Assembly (NCBI GenBank): GCA_951406725.2
Contig: OX597830.1
Location: 9,300,001-9,364,000 of the forward strand
DNA: 64,000 bases
Origin: Octopus vulgaris
Taxonomy: Eukaryota
Direction of reading: 5' to 3'
A program made the position numbers and the translations under genes. Below, piece after piece: positions 41,606 through 55,285 of this stretch (positions are counted from its first letter, which is position 1; each line of letters starts with the position of its first letter). The notes under the pieces were generated by a model. It was not told where the DNA came from, made no database searches, and was given only the letters and a program-made list of their open reading frames with translations.

Positions 41606-41857
41606 CCATGCTGCGATTGTTTTCGTTCCAGCACACGATCTCAGAAAAACCCCAAAAATATTACGAACATTGTTTCGAATTTCTTAAGTAGAAGCGTGAC
41701 TTCTGGGCCATCCTGTGTGTGCGTATGTGTGTGTATGTGTGCATGCATATATGTGTAAAAATGTTTATATACATATATGCCTGCCTGTCTGTCTGCCTCT
41801 ATCTATCTATTTATTTATCTATCATACACACACACACACACACACAAATACACACAC

Positions 41858-41894
<37 letters not shown>

Positions 41895-42024
41895 GATATA
41901 TTTAAAAAAAAATACAAACTGTGACAAGAACGCATAACACTTAGAAGACGATACAAAAAACACAGACAGGACATTCGAAGCCTTCAATCTTCAGTCAAGA
42001 ACCGGATCATCCTCGCAATTTCGG

Positions 42025-42059
<35 letters not shown>

Positions 42060-42384
42060 AGGGCAAAATAAAATTAATTAATTTCTATGCCAAAAGAAAA
42101 TTAATTTTCTTTTGCCCTTGTTTATAAGTTGTTAATTTTAACCTTTAAAGGTATTTTAATATGCTGCCACTTTTTTGATGAAACTGAGCACAAGATCATT
42201 AGTTTCCTTGAGGAGGCGGAGGTTCTAGTCGATTTCATCAACCCCAGTGTTGAACTGATGTTTATTTTATCCAACCCATAAGGACGAAAAGCAAAGTCGC
42301 CCCCAACAGTATTTGAACTCAGAACGTAAAGACAGAAGAAATGCCACTAACCATTGTGCCCGGAGTGCTAACCATTCTACCAGT

Positions 42385-42432
<48 letters not shown>

Positions 42433-42452
42433 TCGTTCTTTCTTTCTTTCGT

Positions 42453-42488
<36 letters not shown>

Positions 42489-42549
42489 TCCGCTTTTGTT
42501 TTGTGCTGTTTTTCCCATAATATAGTGACGGAATTGTAATAAAGAGAAA

Positions 42550-42607
<58 letters not shown>

Positions 42608-43181
42608 AGTTCCGTTGGTTAACCAAAGAACAGAAGATATATATATATTTATTTATTTGGTTAACCAACGGAACTGGTTAATTCGTCATCAGCGCAACAG
42701 CTAGACCTCATGGTGCCATCAGAAAAATTTATCACTTCTCGATGTGTTAGAAATATGAAGTTTTGTAATCCATGTCTGGCTGACTAACTGTTTGGTGGTT
42801 AGCTGGTTAGCCTGTTGGCTTGTTGGCTGGTTAATGGAAAGGGAAGCGGTACGAGAAAAGTCAACAAAGAAAACAGACAATAAATTTACAAAAGTGTTGG
42901 ATGACTACGACCAAAGGAAAAGATAACATCAATGGAGGAAACAGAGCGATGGATTCAATAGATAGAATTTACAGATGAATATAGAGGAAAATTTGTATTA
43001 AATATAAAAATGCAAGTTTGAAAACAAACAAAGAATGACATCATACAGCAGGTAACATATGGTTTGATATAGCTGATAAAGAAAGCAACAGTCAACAGAC
43101 AGGTATGGTGTTACGCTGTATTTTCTCCAAAGGTGTTTGGTTCTATCCATCAACACAAATAGATACAGTATTTCCTTTAAG

Positions 43182-43240
<59 letters not shown>

Positions 43241-43605
43241 AATGCCGTCAAGGCCAAATTTGCCTTTCATCGTCGATAAATTGAGTACCAGTGAAACACT
43301 GGGGTCGATATAATCGGCTAACCGCCTCCTCACCAAATTTCACGCCTTGTGCCTATAATAGAAATGATTGTTATTATCATTGGAAGAGAGTGCTTGTGTC
43401 TTAGATGGTTTGGCACCAGAGAGACAATAAAACTCCCTGTAGACCGGTCATTTCGTTTGCTGTAGGTGGGGCACAAAACCAGAAATCCTTTGAGAGGAAC
43501 TCAGAACATAATGACAAAAGAAATGCTGATAACCATTTTGACCGGAGTGCAAACGATTCTAGCAGTTCTTTCTTTCTTTCTTTCTTCTATCTTTCTTTCT
43601 TTCTT

Positions 43606-43636
<31 letters not shown>

Positions 43637-43669
43637 CATCCTAAGTATTTGACCCTTTCATATACAGGT

Positions 43670-43865
43670 ACAACAGAAACAGGAAGAGTGAGAGAAGGTT
43701 GTAGTGAAAGAGTACAGCAGCGTTCGTCACCACCTCCTGTCGGAGCCTTGTCGGAGCTTTAGCCGTTTTCGCTCAATAAACACTCACAACGCGCGGTCTG
43801 GGAATTGAAACCGCGATCCTATAACCGCGAGTCCGCTGCCCTAACCACTGGGCAATTGCACCTCC
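43670..43865 (-). mobile_element. Family D SINE 5' part
   Basis: Homology to 24145-24453. Confidence 0.75.
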
Positions 43866-44043
43866 CTTATACTATATCTTCGGGCCAAACAGTCTTGTGA
43901 CTAGTTTTGGTTGACAGAAACTGAAAGAAGCCCTTCATATATGTATATATATATATATATTATATAATATTTTACTATAAAATTGGATTTAACCCTAAAT
44001 CTGATTTTCCCCTGTAATTTTGGATTCATTCCCTAATATTCAT

Positions 44044-44092
<49 letters not shown>

Positions 44093-44509
44093 CAAGTGTC
44101 TTACTGTAACTTCAGGACGACCTAAGACTCGTGTGTAAATTTGGTAGACGGAAACTGAACGCAGCTCGTTGTGTGGTGTGGTAGTGGTGGTGGTGGTGTG
44201 TATGTGTGTGTGTGCGTAAAGAAGCAAGTAAAAAGTAAAAGGCAAACCGGAAGAAATACTGCAAACCCTTTCCTCCAGCGCTCTAACAATTCTGTCCACC
44301 CACCACCCTTAATTAATTCTAATAGAGGTACAAGACCAGTAATTTTGAGGGAAGGGGTAGTAAATCGATTTAGTAAACAAAAACAAAAAATATAAAAACA
44401 GATGGGGTTTATATCGATCAAAGGGACATTAAGGGATATAAGAGGGGATGTAGCAGAGGATACAGAAAGGAGAGAAATAAATAATTAATAAATAGATAAC
44501 AAGGATCCC

Positions 44510-45530
44510 CAATTGCGGGGAAGTCTACTTAGGGTAATTCAGAGTAAATCCCAGGTAAAAATCCCTGATTACTTTGCCATCCTCAAGGGATGGGAAATTT
44601 CCATATTCCAGTTTCTTTCTGCCTACTTAGAAAAGCATATTCACTGTCACACTAGTTTCGGTCACACCAGTTTTGCCATTGTCGATTAAATTTTGATAAG
44701 CACACTAGAAGGCACCATCCCCCTCTCTACCCTCACCTTCCTCTTCAAATGATATTTGTAGAAATTGACGAGGGCTTGGCCATATAGGAAAGTGCCTGTC
44801 TTCAAACCTTTCAGACGGGTTCACCACACATCCTCTTTTACCACAGCCACTAAGCAGAGAAAGATCTGTCTTCCTTCTCTGCTAAGGGCAGGTGGTGTGT
44901 CGATCTTCACAATACACTCGGCAGACAGCTGGATTCATCTTACACCCGACAACAATAGCTCAACACAAACCCACAACTCCCTAATACATGGACACTGAGT
45001 TACTGCATGCAGGACAGTTTCGTCCCTTAGCGTGCATCCCGGGCAGGTTCGGATGTTGGCACTTCCGTGTCTGAAGAGCTAATCTCGAATAGGCAATGCC
45101 CCTCCCCACCCTTGTAAACACTGCCATGACAAAAATTATTGGGACTTGTCCATGATCTTCGACACGAATGTCCTCTGGAAGAGACTGCTCAGACTGTTCT
45201 TGTCGATGCCTTGAGTCAATACTCTGCCATAATCGCTCATATCCTTAACTAGCCCCCTATAGAAATCTTGGGTTGTTTTCCCGCTAACGATTTTGTCCGG
45301 CTGGTACAATGCAATGAGCGCCTGGCAACGTTCTAGATGCCAAACGCCCAGCCTTGGTCTACGTTTGACTCAAGGCTGCAGCTCAGTCAATGAGATGAGC
45401 TACGGAAAGACGTGTCGTGCGAAGGACCACTTCACCCTTATTTTCGTCGCCGTCGTTCACAAAATCGCAGTTATTTAGATATTTCTGTAGGCTTGACAGC
45501 CTCAAAGCATGGAGCCGCATCATCAAAAAT
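44510..45530 (-). mobile_element. Decayed L1/Tx1-clade LINE 3' region (zf-RVT CCHC)
   Basis: Minus translation ALPIRD*LFRHG...CPGCTLRDETVLHAVTQCPCIRELW...VKEDVW*TR. Confidence 0.75.
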
Positions 45531-45979
45531 GGCCACGGTGTGGGTGTTGATAGTAGATGCATTTTCTAACCAGCCTGATAATTAATCAATCGGGTTGTTG
45601 CGGGAACATAAAGAAACCACCACCGGTTGTCATGCATACATACATGCACACACACACACTCACAAAAACATACATAACTGACTAACTAGCTATATACAAT
45701 GGGTTTTATTCAGTTTCCGTCCAAACCTATAAGGTTTTGGTCCATTCGAGGCTGTAGCAGAGGACACTTGGCCAAGGTGCCATGCAGTGGGACTGAACAC
45801 TGAACCATGTAGTTGGGAAGCAAACTTCTTATCACACGGCTACACGCACATGCATAAATTGGTACACACACAAATAAATATATATATATATACACACACA
45901 CACAAAGATATATAATTTACAGATATTTCTTTTTCTCTAGTTTCAGCTCAGAGCTGCGGCCATGCTGATGCACTGTCCA

Positions 45980-46380
45980 CAGGGGGCTAAACATAGAGGG
46001 CTAAACAACAAGGACAGAGAAAGGGATTAAGTCGATTACATCGACCCCAGTACGTAACTGGTACTTATTTAATCGTTACGTTCTGAGTTCAAATTCCGCC
46101 GAGGTCGACTTTGCCTTTCATCCTTTTGGGGTCGATAAATTAAGTACCAGTTACGCACTGGGGTCGATATAATCGACTTAATCCGTTTGTCTGTCCTTGT
46201 TTGTTCTCTCTGTGTTTAGTCCCTTGTGGGTAGTAAAGAAATAGGTACTTATTTAATCGACCCCAAAATTATGAAAGGCAAAGTCGACCTCGGCGGAATT
46301 TGAACTCAGAACGCAACGGCAGACGAAATACAGCTAAACATTTCGCATGGCGTGCCAACAGTTCTGCCAGCTCTCCGCCT
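45980..46380. mobile_element. Family B SINE pieces in alternating orientation
   Basis: Tail (-) at about 45980-46075, body (+) at 46076-46245, body plus head (-) at 46245-46380. Confidence 0.75.
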
Positions 46381-46695
46381 TTGTAATTTACAGATACAGC
46401 TAATGTAGATATACTTTTAGAAACCATTATATCGCAACGAATTCACGGATTTATTGTCGGTTTTATTGATCGGTTGGTGACAGAAATGAAAGTGTTTGGA
46501 TTTGAGAGTGACATATTTGAAATAATAAGAGATTAAGACGAAATATTTCAACAGACACGTGACAGTAAGATTAAAGGACAAACAATGAAATATATACATA
46601 TATAAACAGGAAAAAACATTTAACAAAGCATTCACGTGATTGTCGCATGTAAACTAAACCATTTGTTGAATGCACGGATAACCTGACCGGTGGAT

Positions 46696-46785
<90 letters not shown>

Positions 46786-46888
46786 CATATATATATATAT
46801 GTTCTTTTATTTATTTCAGTCATTTGACTGCAGCCATGCTGGAGCACCACCTTGAATGATTTTAGTTGAGCAAATGTTCTATCGGTTT

Positions 46889-47200
46889 AGAGCTGGCAGA
46901 ATTGTTAGCACGCCGGGCGAAATGCTTAGCGGCATTTCGTCTGCCGCTACGTTCTGAGTTCAAATTCCACCGAGGTCGACTTTGCCTTTCATCCTTTCGG
47001 GGTCGAACGCCGGGCAAAATGCCTAGCATATTTCGTCCGTCCTTACGTTCCGAGTTCAAATCCCGCCAAGACGGCCTTTCCCTGTTTATCCTTTCCAGCG
47101 TCGATAAAACAAGTACCAGTTGAGCACTGGGGTCGATGTAATCGACATAGCTCATCCCGAAATTGCAGGCCTTGTTCTAAAATTTGAAACCAATATTTCA
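46889..47200 (+). mobile_element. Family B SINE, partial tandem
   Basis: Two heads in tandem, then Meta-like domain and tail. Confidence 0.78.
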
Positions 47201-47717
47201 GAATTATACACTGGTAATAATTTCTCATTGTTTGATGTGCATCAGCGAATCTTTATGCCTACTAGATAGCGTAGTACAAATATTTACATCAACCTACCTA
47301 AATGTTTGAAACAGCTGTAAAGAGATATTTAAGATAGATAGAAAATGCTATAAACGCGCGCTTGTCCATATGTTGTCGTGTCTATATACATATATGTGCG
47401 TATATATGTATGTAATTATCTCTATACACACATGCTTATAAGCACATACACACGCATATATGAGGCTAATTGGACAATATGAGTCGGACTATATGCTGAA
47501 TGGCATTTCTTCCGGCTCTTCATTCTCCGAGTTCAAATCATGCAAACGTCAACGTAGCATTTCATCGATAAAACATAATACCAGTGAAGTACTTGGGTCG
47601 ATGTAACCGACCTAATCTTCTTTTTAAGTTTACTGGTCTTCAACGCCACAGACCGGCGTTTCATTTAGGAGGAATGATATGATCTCGGTCTCTTATACGC
47701 TATGGAAACAGGGTTTC

Positions 47718-47748
<31 letters not shown>

Positions 47749-47871
47749 TGTATGTATGTATGTATGTATGTATGTATGTATGTATGTATGTATGTAGTGA
47801 TCTCTTGAGCACCACCAGCAAAAATATTTTTTTCCTCTGTCTTCCATTCTCGGGATCTTTCCTTCTCCTTT

Positions 47872-47906
47872 ATTTACGACGAAGAGCTCCGCTCGAAACG
47901 TTAAAC
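47872..47906 (+). ncRNA. Degenerate minimal hammerhead motif in TA-anchored element 47810-48005
   Basis: AUUU-ACGACGA-A-GAGC-UCC-GCUC-GAAA-CG-UU-AAAC. Confidence 0.45.
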
Positions 47907-48004
47907 CCTCCTTCCCTTCTTTCCTGAGCGTCAAATAATACTTTAATTGTTCCACGTCCTCGCGTTGCTGTGTTTTTTTCTGTGTTTTCTTGTTTGGATT
48001 AACT

Positions 48005-48950
48005 ATATATATATATATATTTATGTATGTATGTATGCATGTATGCATGTATGTATGCATGTATGCATGTATGTATGTATGTATGCATGTATGCATGTAT
48101 GTATGCATGTATGCATGTATGTATGTATGTATGTATGTATGTATGTATGTATGCATGTATGCATGTATGTATGCATGTATGCATGTATGCATGTATGCAT
48201 GTATGTATGTATGTATGTATGTATGTATGTATGTATGTATGTATGTATGTATGTATGTATGTATGCATGTATGCATGTATGCATGTATGCATGTATGTAT
48301 GCATGTATGCATGTATGTATGTATGTATGCATGTATGTATGTATGTATGTATGTATGTACGTATGTATGTATGTATGTACGTATGTATGTATGTACGTAT
48401 GTATGTATGTATGCATGTATGTATGTATGTATGCATGTATGCATGTATGTATGTATGTATGTATGTATGCATGTATGTATGCATGTATGCATGTATGCAT
48501 GTATGTATGTATGTATGTATGTATGTATGTATGTATGTATGTATGTATGTATGTATGTATGTATGGATGGATGCATGTATGTATGTATGTATGTATGTAT
48601 GTATGTATGTATGTATGTATGCATGTATGCATGTATGTATGTATGTATGTACGTATGTATGTATGTATGTATGCATGTATGCATGTATGTATGTATGTAT
48701 GTATTAATGTATGTATGCATGTATGCATGTATGTATGTATGTATGCATGTATGTATGTATGTATGTATGAATGTATGTATGCATGTATGCATGTATGTAT
48801 GTATGAATGTATGTATGCATGTATGCATGTATGTATGTATGTATGCATGTATGTATGTATGTATGTATGTATGTATGCATGAATGCATGTATGTATGTAT
48901 GTATGAATGTATGTATGCATGTATGCATGTATGTATGTATGTATGTATGT
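48005..48950. repeat. (TATG/CATG)n microsatellite
   Basis: Direct reading. Confidence 0.97.
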
Positions 48951-49046
48951 CTATAAAGAATAAAAAGGGTTAAATGGTACAACAAAGTACTATAATACAG
49001 TCAATGGGCTGAGTATACCTGTTGTAATTTAGTCATCCATAGTCTT

Positions 49047-49083
49047 ATATGATATTTCGGAATAAAATTCCTTCTTCAGATAT
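49047..49083 (-). ncRNA. Minimal type-I hammerhead ribozyme
   Basis: AUAU-CUGAAGA-A-GGAAU-UUU-AUUCC-GAAA-UA-UC-AUAU; distal CCAU/AUGG pairing may extend stem I. Confidence 0.7.
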
Positions 49084-49632
49084 TCTTAGATGGAGTCGCT
49101 GCTATAATCGGGCTTCTACACAGTTTCCTTCTACCGCATTCACTCATTAAGAAACAATCGGTGATTTAAGTAAATCATTTTTTTGCTTCTAAAACAAATT
49201 TCAGTTTATTTACGGTCCAATTAATAATTACGATACCAATAATGAGTTACGTGTCCATTAAGCAGAAACGAATTCTGTTGATTTTGCGAAATTCTTCTAT
49301 GGGTTCCATAACAAAATAATTTAATAACTGATACCCCAGGGGTGAAACATAAGACAGAGGACACATGTTCTTGAAGATAGTAACCCTAGGGGGCAACTAA
49401 TCCTAAGAGAGATTATGGAGTTCTTAGTCATAACACCAGCACTTCAAAAAGTTTTGATATTTATCATTAAACGTCGTCAGTGTTTTTCATATTTCTCGAT
49501 ATTAACTCTGTCCCTTTTCAGTTACATTTCGCACTGTTCTTCTCCTTCTCCTTTTCCTTACATTTTCCTCGTTTTCTGCCTGCGTATTCATACGTGGAGC
49601 GTGTGTATATATGATTATTTATTATCATCTAC

Positions 49633-49709
<77 letters not shown>

Positions 49710-49770
49710 TATATACATGTATATATATATATATATATATGTATTGATATATATATATATATATATACAT

Positions 49771-49813
<43 letters not shown>

Positions 49814-49911
49814 CATACATATATATGTATATATATATATATATATATAATATATATATATATATACATAAGCTATCAAATATAAACCATTCGTTTTATT
49901 ATCTAATCTCT

Positions 49912-50015
<104 letters not shown>

Positions 50016-50031
50016 TAATAATAATATAATA

Positions 50032-50078
<47 letters not shown>

Positions 50079-50149
50079 ACTTATCCTTACTTCTGACTGC
50101 CTCCTTTTTCACAATACATACACACATACACACACACATAAATATATAC

Positions 50150-50182
<33 letters not shown>

Positions 50183-50529
50183 CATACACACATATATATA
50201 TATATGTGCGTGTGTGTATATACACTCTTATACTTATATTTCTACATATATTCATAGACATCAACACACATATATATGCACATACACACGCATATGATAT
50301 TGGTTCTCCACCCCACCATCTCACCACCACCACCACCGCCGCCACTGCCACCGCCACCACTACCACCTCCCCTTTCTTATCCAACACAGATTTCTCAAGT
50401 GATTATAATTCCATTATGGCATATAATATACAGATTAACATCGCTAACATTTCATTTAAAACAGCTCAAAACTTCAGAATATTCAACCAACCAACCAACC
50501 GACCGAACGACCGACTGACCAACATGCTA

Positions 50530-51205
50530 ATGTATGTATGTATGCATGTATGTATGTATGTATGTATGTATGTATGTATGTATGTATGTATGTATGTATA
50601 TATGTATGTATGGTATGTATGTATGGTATGTATGTATGGTAGGTATGTATGTATGCATGTATGTATGTATGTATGTATGTATGCATGTATGGTATGTATG
50701 TATGGTATGTATGTATGGTAGGTATGTATGTATGTATGTATGTATGCATGTATGGTATGTATGTATGGTATGTATGTATGTATGTATGTATGTACGTATG
50801 TATGTATGTATGTATGCATGTATGTATGTATGTATGCATGCATGCATGTATGTATGTATGTATGTATGTATGTATGTATATATGCATGTATGTATGTAGG
50901 TATGTATGTATGTATGTATGTATGTATGTATGCATGCATGCATGTATGTATGTATGTATGTATGTATGTATGTATGTAGGTAGGTAGGTATATATGCATG
51001 TATGCATGTATGCATGTATGTATGTATGTAGGTATATGTGTATGTATGTATATGTGCATGTATGTATGTATGTATGTATGTATGTATGTATGTATGTATG
51101 TATGTATGTATGTATGTATGTATGTATGTAGGTATATATGTATGTATGTATGTATGCATGCACGCATGTATGTATGTATGTATGTATGTATGTATGTATG
51201 TATAT
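50530..51205. repeat. (TATG)n compound microsatellite
   Basis: Direct reading. Confidence 0.96.
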
Positions 51206-51716
51206 AGATACTCAGTAATAAAAAGGTCTTCCACGATGAAATCCCTCTTCAGGCAAGTTTTTCAGCACTACTTAGGGGTCGGGCTGCGTTCAGGTCATGA
51301 CCTCTCTGTGCCTTTCTGCTGATACGTTTTAGCCACTGTGTATGTATTTATCTATATTTGTATATATATATATATATATGTGTGTATATGTGTATCTATA
51401 CATGCAGGTATACGGCTGGTGCTGGATGATATTTAGTATACCACTAATTGCTGGGTCATATAATATTTATATAATAGTATGATATGGGAAAGTTAGAAAC
51501 CAACACGTCTTATAATGTACAGAAACAATTGTTGGGATTAGTGATTTAAAAAACTATTCATTCCACGTTATTTATATGTAGAAGATAAGCTCCGTCAACT
51601 TGTTATTTCATCCAAAAACAACAAATAGAAAACCAAACACACTAAGAGGTGGTGCTCCACCATGGCCTCAACCTCTGTCTGAATCCACTAATAGATAAAA
51701 GAAAGGTTTATATGCA

Positions 51717-51830
51717 CCCTGTTGTTGGTGTTGAAATTCCAATGAAAGAACCTTCGATCTAGGTTAGAAACCGGTTCTTTCTCTATTGACAAGAAAACTT
51801 GAAATAAACTGAATAATGACATACATACAT
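51717..51830 (+). mobile_element. 3'-terminal fragment matching the R4/Dong element end at 1001-1103 (another copy at 61796-61900)
   Basis: GTTGAAATTCCA.TGAA...TCTAGGTTAGAAACCGG.TCTTTCTCTATTG.CA.GAAA.CTTGAAATAAA ending in (CATA)n. Confidence 0.7.
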
Positions 51831-51881
51831 ATGTTCATCCTCGTTCGCACACACAGAGATACACACAGAGTAATAATAACG

Positions 51882-52187
51882 ATAATCCTCGGATGGAATT
51901 CATAAACATTTAATCCATCGTTACGCGCGTTTCCACAAATCGCATGTTTCATAAGATCATAGTCCGTATTTCAAGGATTATTACAGTGTAATCCATAGTA
52001 TCCGTGGGCATCAGGTAGATCGTCTGATGAATTGAATCTATGAAGATGACCTACCCGATGCCCACGAGTACTAGGGATTACACTGTAAGTATCTCAGGAA
52101 TACGGACTATGTTCTTTAGAGACATGTTATTTGTGGAAACGCACGTAGCGATGCATTGGATATTTATAAATTCCATCAAAGGATTAT
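51882..52187. repeat. Imperfect gap-free inverted repeat (144-bp arms)
   Basis: Manual alignment of 51882-52025 with 52044-52187 gives about 27 substitutions and no indels. Confidence 0.88.
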
Positions 52188-52334
52188 TTTTATTACTACT
52201 ATAGTTATCCTACATCGTATCGGCACAGCTCGTTGCATGCGACCAAAATGCTTCACCAGTCAGTATCATTAAACTGTCAGCGACATAATGGAATAGGGGC
52301 TTTATCTGCATATTCAAAACGTTTCCCGTAAACC

Positions 52335-52375
<41 letters not shown>

Positions 52376-52401
52376 GCAGGAGTGACCGTGTGGTAAGCAT
52401 A

Positions 52402-52566
52402 GGCGCAGGAGTGGCTGTGTGGTAAGTAGCTTGCTTACCAACCATATGGATCCGGGTTCATTCCCACTACGTGGCACCTTGAGCAAGTGTCTTCTACTAT
52501 AGCCTCGGGCCGACCAAATCCTTGTGAGTGGATTTGGTAGACGGAAACTGAAAGAAGCCCGTCATG

Positions 52567-52597
<31 letters not shown>

Positions 52598-52795
52598 TTG
52601 TATGTGTCTGTATATGCTTGGGTGTCTGTGTTTGTCCCCCAAACATTGCTTGACAACCGATGGTGATGTGTTTACGTCCCCGTAACTTAGCGGTTCGGCA
52701 AAAATGACCGATAGAATAAGTACTAGGCTTCCAAAGAATATGTACTGGAGTCGATTCGCTCGACTAAAGGCGGTGCTCCAGCCTGGCCGCAGTCA
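52402..52795 (+). mobile_element. tRNA-derived SINE (family A)
   Basis: Homology to 39898-40335; short duplicated head at 52372-52398. Confidence 0.85.
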
Positions 52796-53074
52796 ATTAT
52801 ATATATTCAAACGTACATACCTATTTTGTCTGTGTGTCTGTGCGTGCGTAAAACACCGAACAAGCCCCGAAAATGACCTTAACGAGGACTTGTGTTCGAT
52901 TGACTAAGCAGTGGGAGTTGAGAATTGTAATCTCTCGACAAAGGAAGTAACTTCTTAACTAATGTATAAATAACACCACATAAGCTATTTCCTGACAAAT
53001 ACGCATATGCATAGATCTACACACACACACACACACACACACAATAATCTCTTTCTCTCTCTATCTCTGCCATT

Positions 53075-53119
<45 letters not shown>

Positions 53120-53212
53120 AATCCCTCCAAAACGAAGAACAAACAAGAAAAAACAACAATGCGAGGTCGTTGTTCATGCAAAGTATTAGGAGATGCTTAT
53201 ATTTATATACGG

Positions 53213-53534
53213 GAAGCGTAATGGCCCAGTGGTTAGGGCAGCGGACTCGCGGTCGCAGGATCGCGGTTTCGATTCCCAGACGGGAAGTTGTGAGTGTTTA
53301 TTGAGTAAAAAGAAAAGAAAAACCCTAAATCTCTACGAGTCTCCGACAGCGTGTGGTGGGTCCCTGCTGTTTTTTTTTTTTGCCACAACTTTCTCTCACT
53401 CTTTCTTCTGTTGGCCTGCTGACTTAGCCAGCGGGGTGGTGTCATTTGGAGGCTAGAATCAATGCGAAGCGCATGGCGAACAGAGATGTGTAGCAACATC
53501 TGATAGCCTGGTCGGTCACGGTGATTACTGTGAT
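53213..53534 (+). mobile_element. tRNA-derived SINE (family D)
   Basis: TGGCCCAGTGGTTAGGGCAGCGGACTCGCGGTC...GGTTTCGATTCCC head; GGTCACGGTGAT tail. Confidence 0.82.
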
Positions 53535-53904
53535 ATATATAAATATATATCTATATCTATATATATATATATATACACATATATCATTATTATTGATAGT
53601 AATAATAATAATTATAACAATACAAGTGACCACCAAGCATTAAAGCCAATAATAGGGCAAATCTATAAATTTTATAATTAATTAATAATTATAATTTAGG
53701 GTATACGAGGCATCAGCGTTGTTATAAATAATAAGAGTAGAAAAATGAGCCTCCATTTCACTGGAAGCACCACAGGTCGCCGAAAACCAAGGGACGAGCA
53801 AAGAAATATGTATATATGTATGTATGTATGTATGTGACCGCGTATGTACCGTTGGCGATTTTTTTTCCTCTCTCTTCCCTTCTCTGGTTCTTTCCTTCTC
53901 CTAT

Positions 53905-53939
53905 GCTTCCGACGAAGAGCTCCGCTCGAGACGTTAAAC
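53905..53939 (+). ncRNA. Degenerate minimal hammerhead motif in TA-anchored element 53840-54036
   Basis: GCUU-CCGACGA-A-GAGC-UCC-GCUC-GAGA-CG-UU-AAAC; close homolog of 47810-48005. Confidence 0.45.
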
Positions 53940-54032
53940 CCTCCTTCTTACCTTCTTTCCTGAGCGTCCAATAATACTATATTTGTTCCACGTCCTCGCG
54001 TTGTTGTGTTTTTTTGTGCTTTCTTGTTTGGA

Positions 54033-54075
<43 letters not shown>

Positions 54076-54670
54076 TTTCGGTGTGAATAGTTTTAACAAA
54101 GGGATGTGGGTTCGACTCCGACGTGGATAGGGAAACCTTTTTTCTATTGAGGGCTTATATGTCCGTTTATTTGACTATTTTCCTTAATCATTGCACGGTG
54201 ATCGCGATAAGCTTTAAGCGTATGTGAATATAAAAATATATATGTATGTATACATATTTAAGTATATTAGCCTATGTATATATTCGGCCTGTCAGAAGAT
54301 ATGGTGACTCAATGGGTGGTATTCGTATTTTACGAGCGTTTATCCCTATAATCCCGTGATGTAAGAATGGTCTTTTCATGGTTGACCTCACTTATCATTC
54401 CAGCTTCTGAACGTCTTATGTCGTTGAAAAGAGTGGTCACGTGCGCAGACATAATCAGTTGGTAGCGCACAGTGAGTCACAACTCTTGTCTGTAACCTAT
54501 GTTTAAAACAATGCTGATCTGCAACGAAACTGAATAGACATCTTCACGGACTGAGAGGTCATGGACAGAGAGTCGGAAATGCCAGTGTCGAGGAGGAAGC
54601 AGAAAATTTAACGGCAATCGTTTGTAGATGGAGAAACCACAACATATATACATGGGTGTGTATGTGTGTG

Positions 54671-54776
<106 letters not shown>

Positions 54777-54855
54777 TAAATATATATATATTAAAAGGGG
54801 GAGGCCGGTTTTTTATTAATATTGCTCTACATCTTAGAGTATGCTTCTTCTCAGG

Positions 54856-54906
<51 letters not shown>

Positions 54907-54914
54907 TATATCCT

Positions 54915-55285
54915 TTCTATTATAGGCACATGGGATAATTTGGGGTCAGTCGATTAGATCGACCCCAGTACCCAACTGGTACTTAATTTATCGAACGCGA
55001 AAGGACGAGAGGCAATGTCGACCTCGGCGGGATTTAAACGTAGCGACAGACGAAATGCATATTTCTTTACTACCTACAAGAGGCTAAACACAGAGACGAC
55101 GAACAAGGACAGACAAACGGATTAAGTCGATTATATCGATCCCAGTGCGTAACTGGTACTTATTTAATCGACCCCGAAAGGATGAAAGGCAAAGTCGACC
55201 TCGGCGGAATTTGAACTCACAACGTAACGACAGACGAAATACCGCAAAGCATTTTGCCTGGCGTGCTAACGTTTCTGCCAGCTTA
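54915..55285 (-). mobile_element. Family B SINE, two tandem copies
   Basis: Meta-like domain repeated at about 54960-55035 and 55130-55220. Confidence 0.78.

Larger units (their letters stand above)
40350..41716 (-). mobile_element. Decayed Tc1/mariner transposon interrupted by a palindromic insertion
   Basis: Fragments MSHYSVE, 'GDCVHCHLN', 'GVTSEKVIGSYFFED', QDGA, DLT; the TIR near 41695-41716 resembles CAGGGTTGGCCAAAAGTCAC at 20467. Confidence 0.65.

Noticed and set aside
41930-42030. CTGA(A/C/G)GA motifs on the minus strand of a TA-anchored family (7.8, 42.0, 62.4 kb)
   Set aside because: Followed by GAAUG rather than GAAA and no consistent stems; plausible PLE-type termini, but not supportable as ribozymes.
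51735-51780. GAAACCGGTT with upstream CCAATGAA resembling a hammerhead in the R4 3'-end repeat
   Set aside because: The first core box lacks G5 in all three copies and stems I/II do not pair convincingly.
52024-52050. CTGATGA in the loop of the 52 kb hairpin (also at about 21562)
   Set aside because: No stem II + GAAA + NUH arrangement follows.
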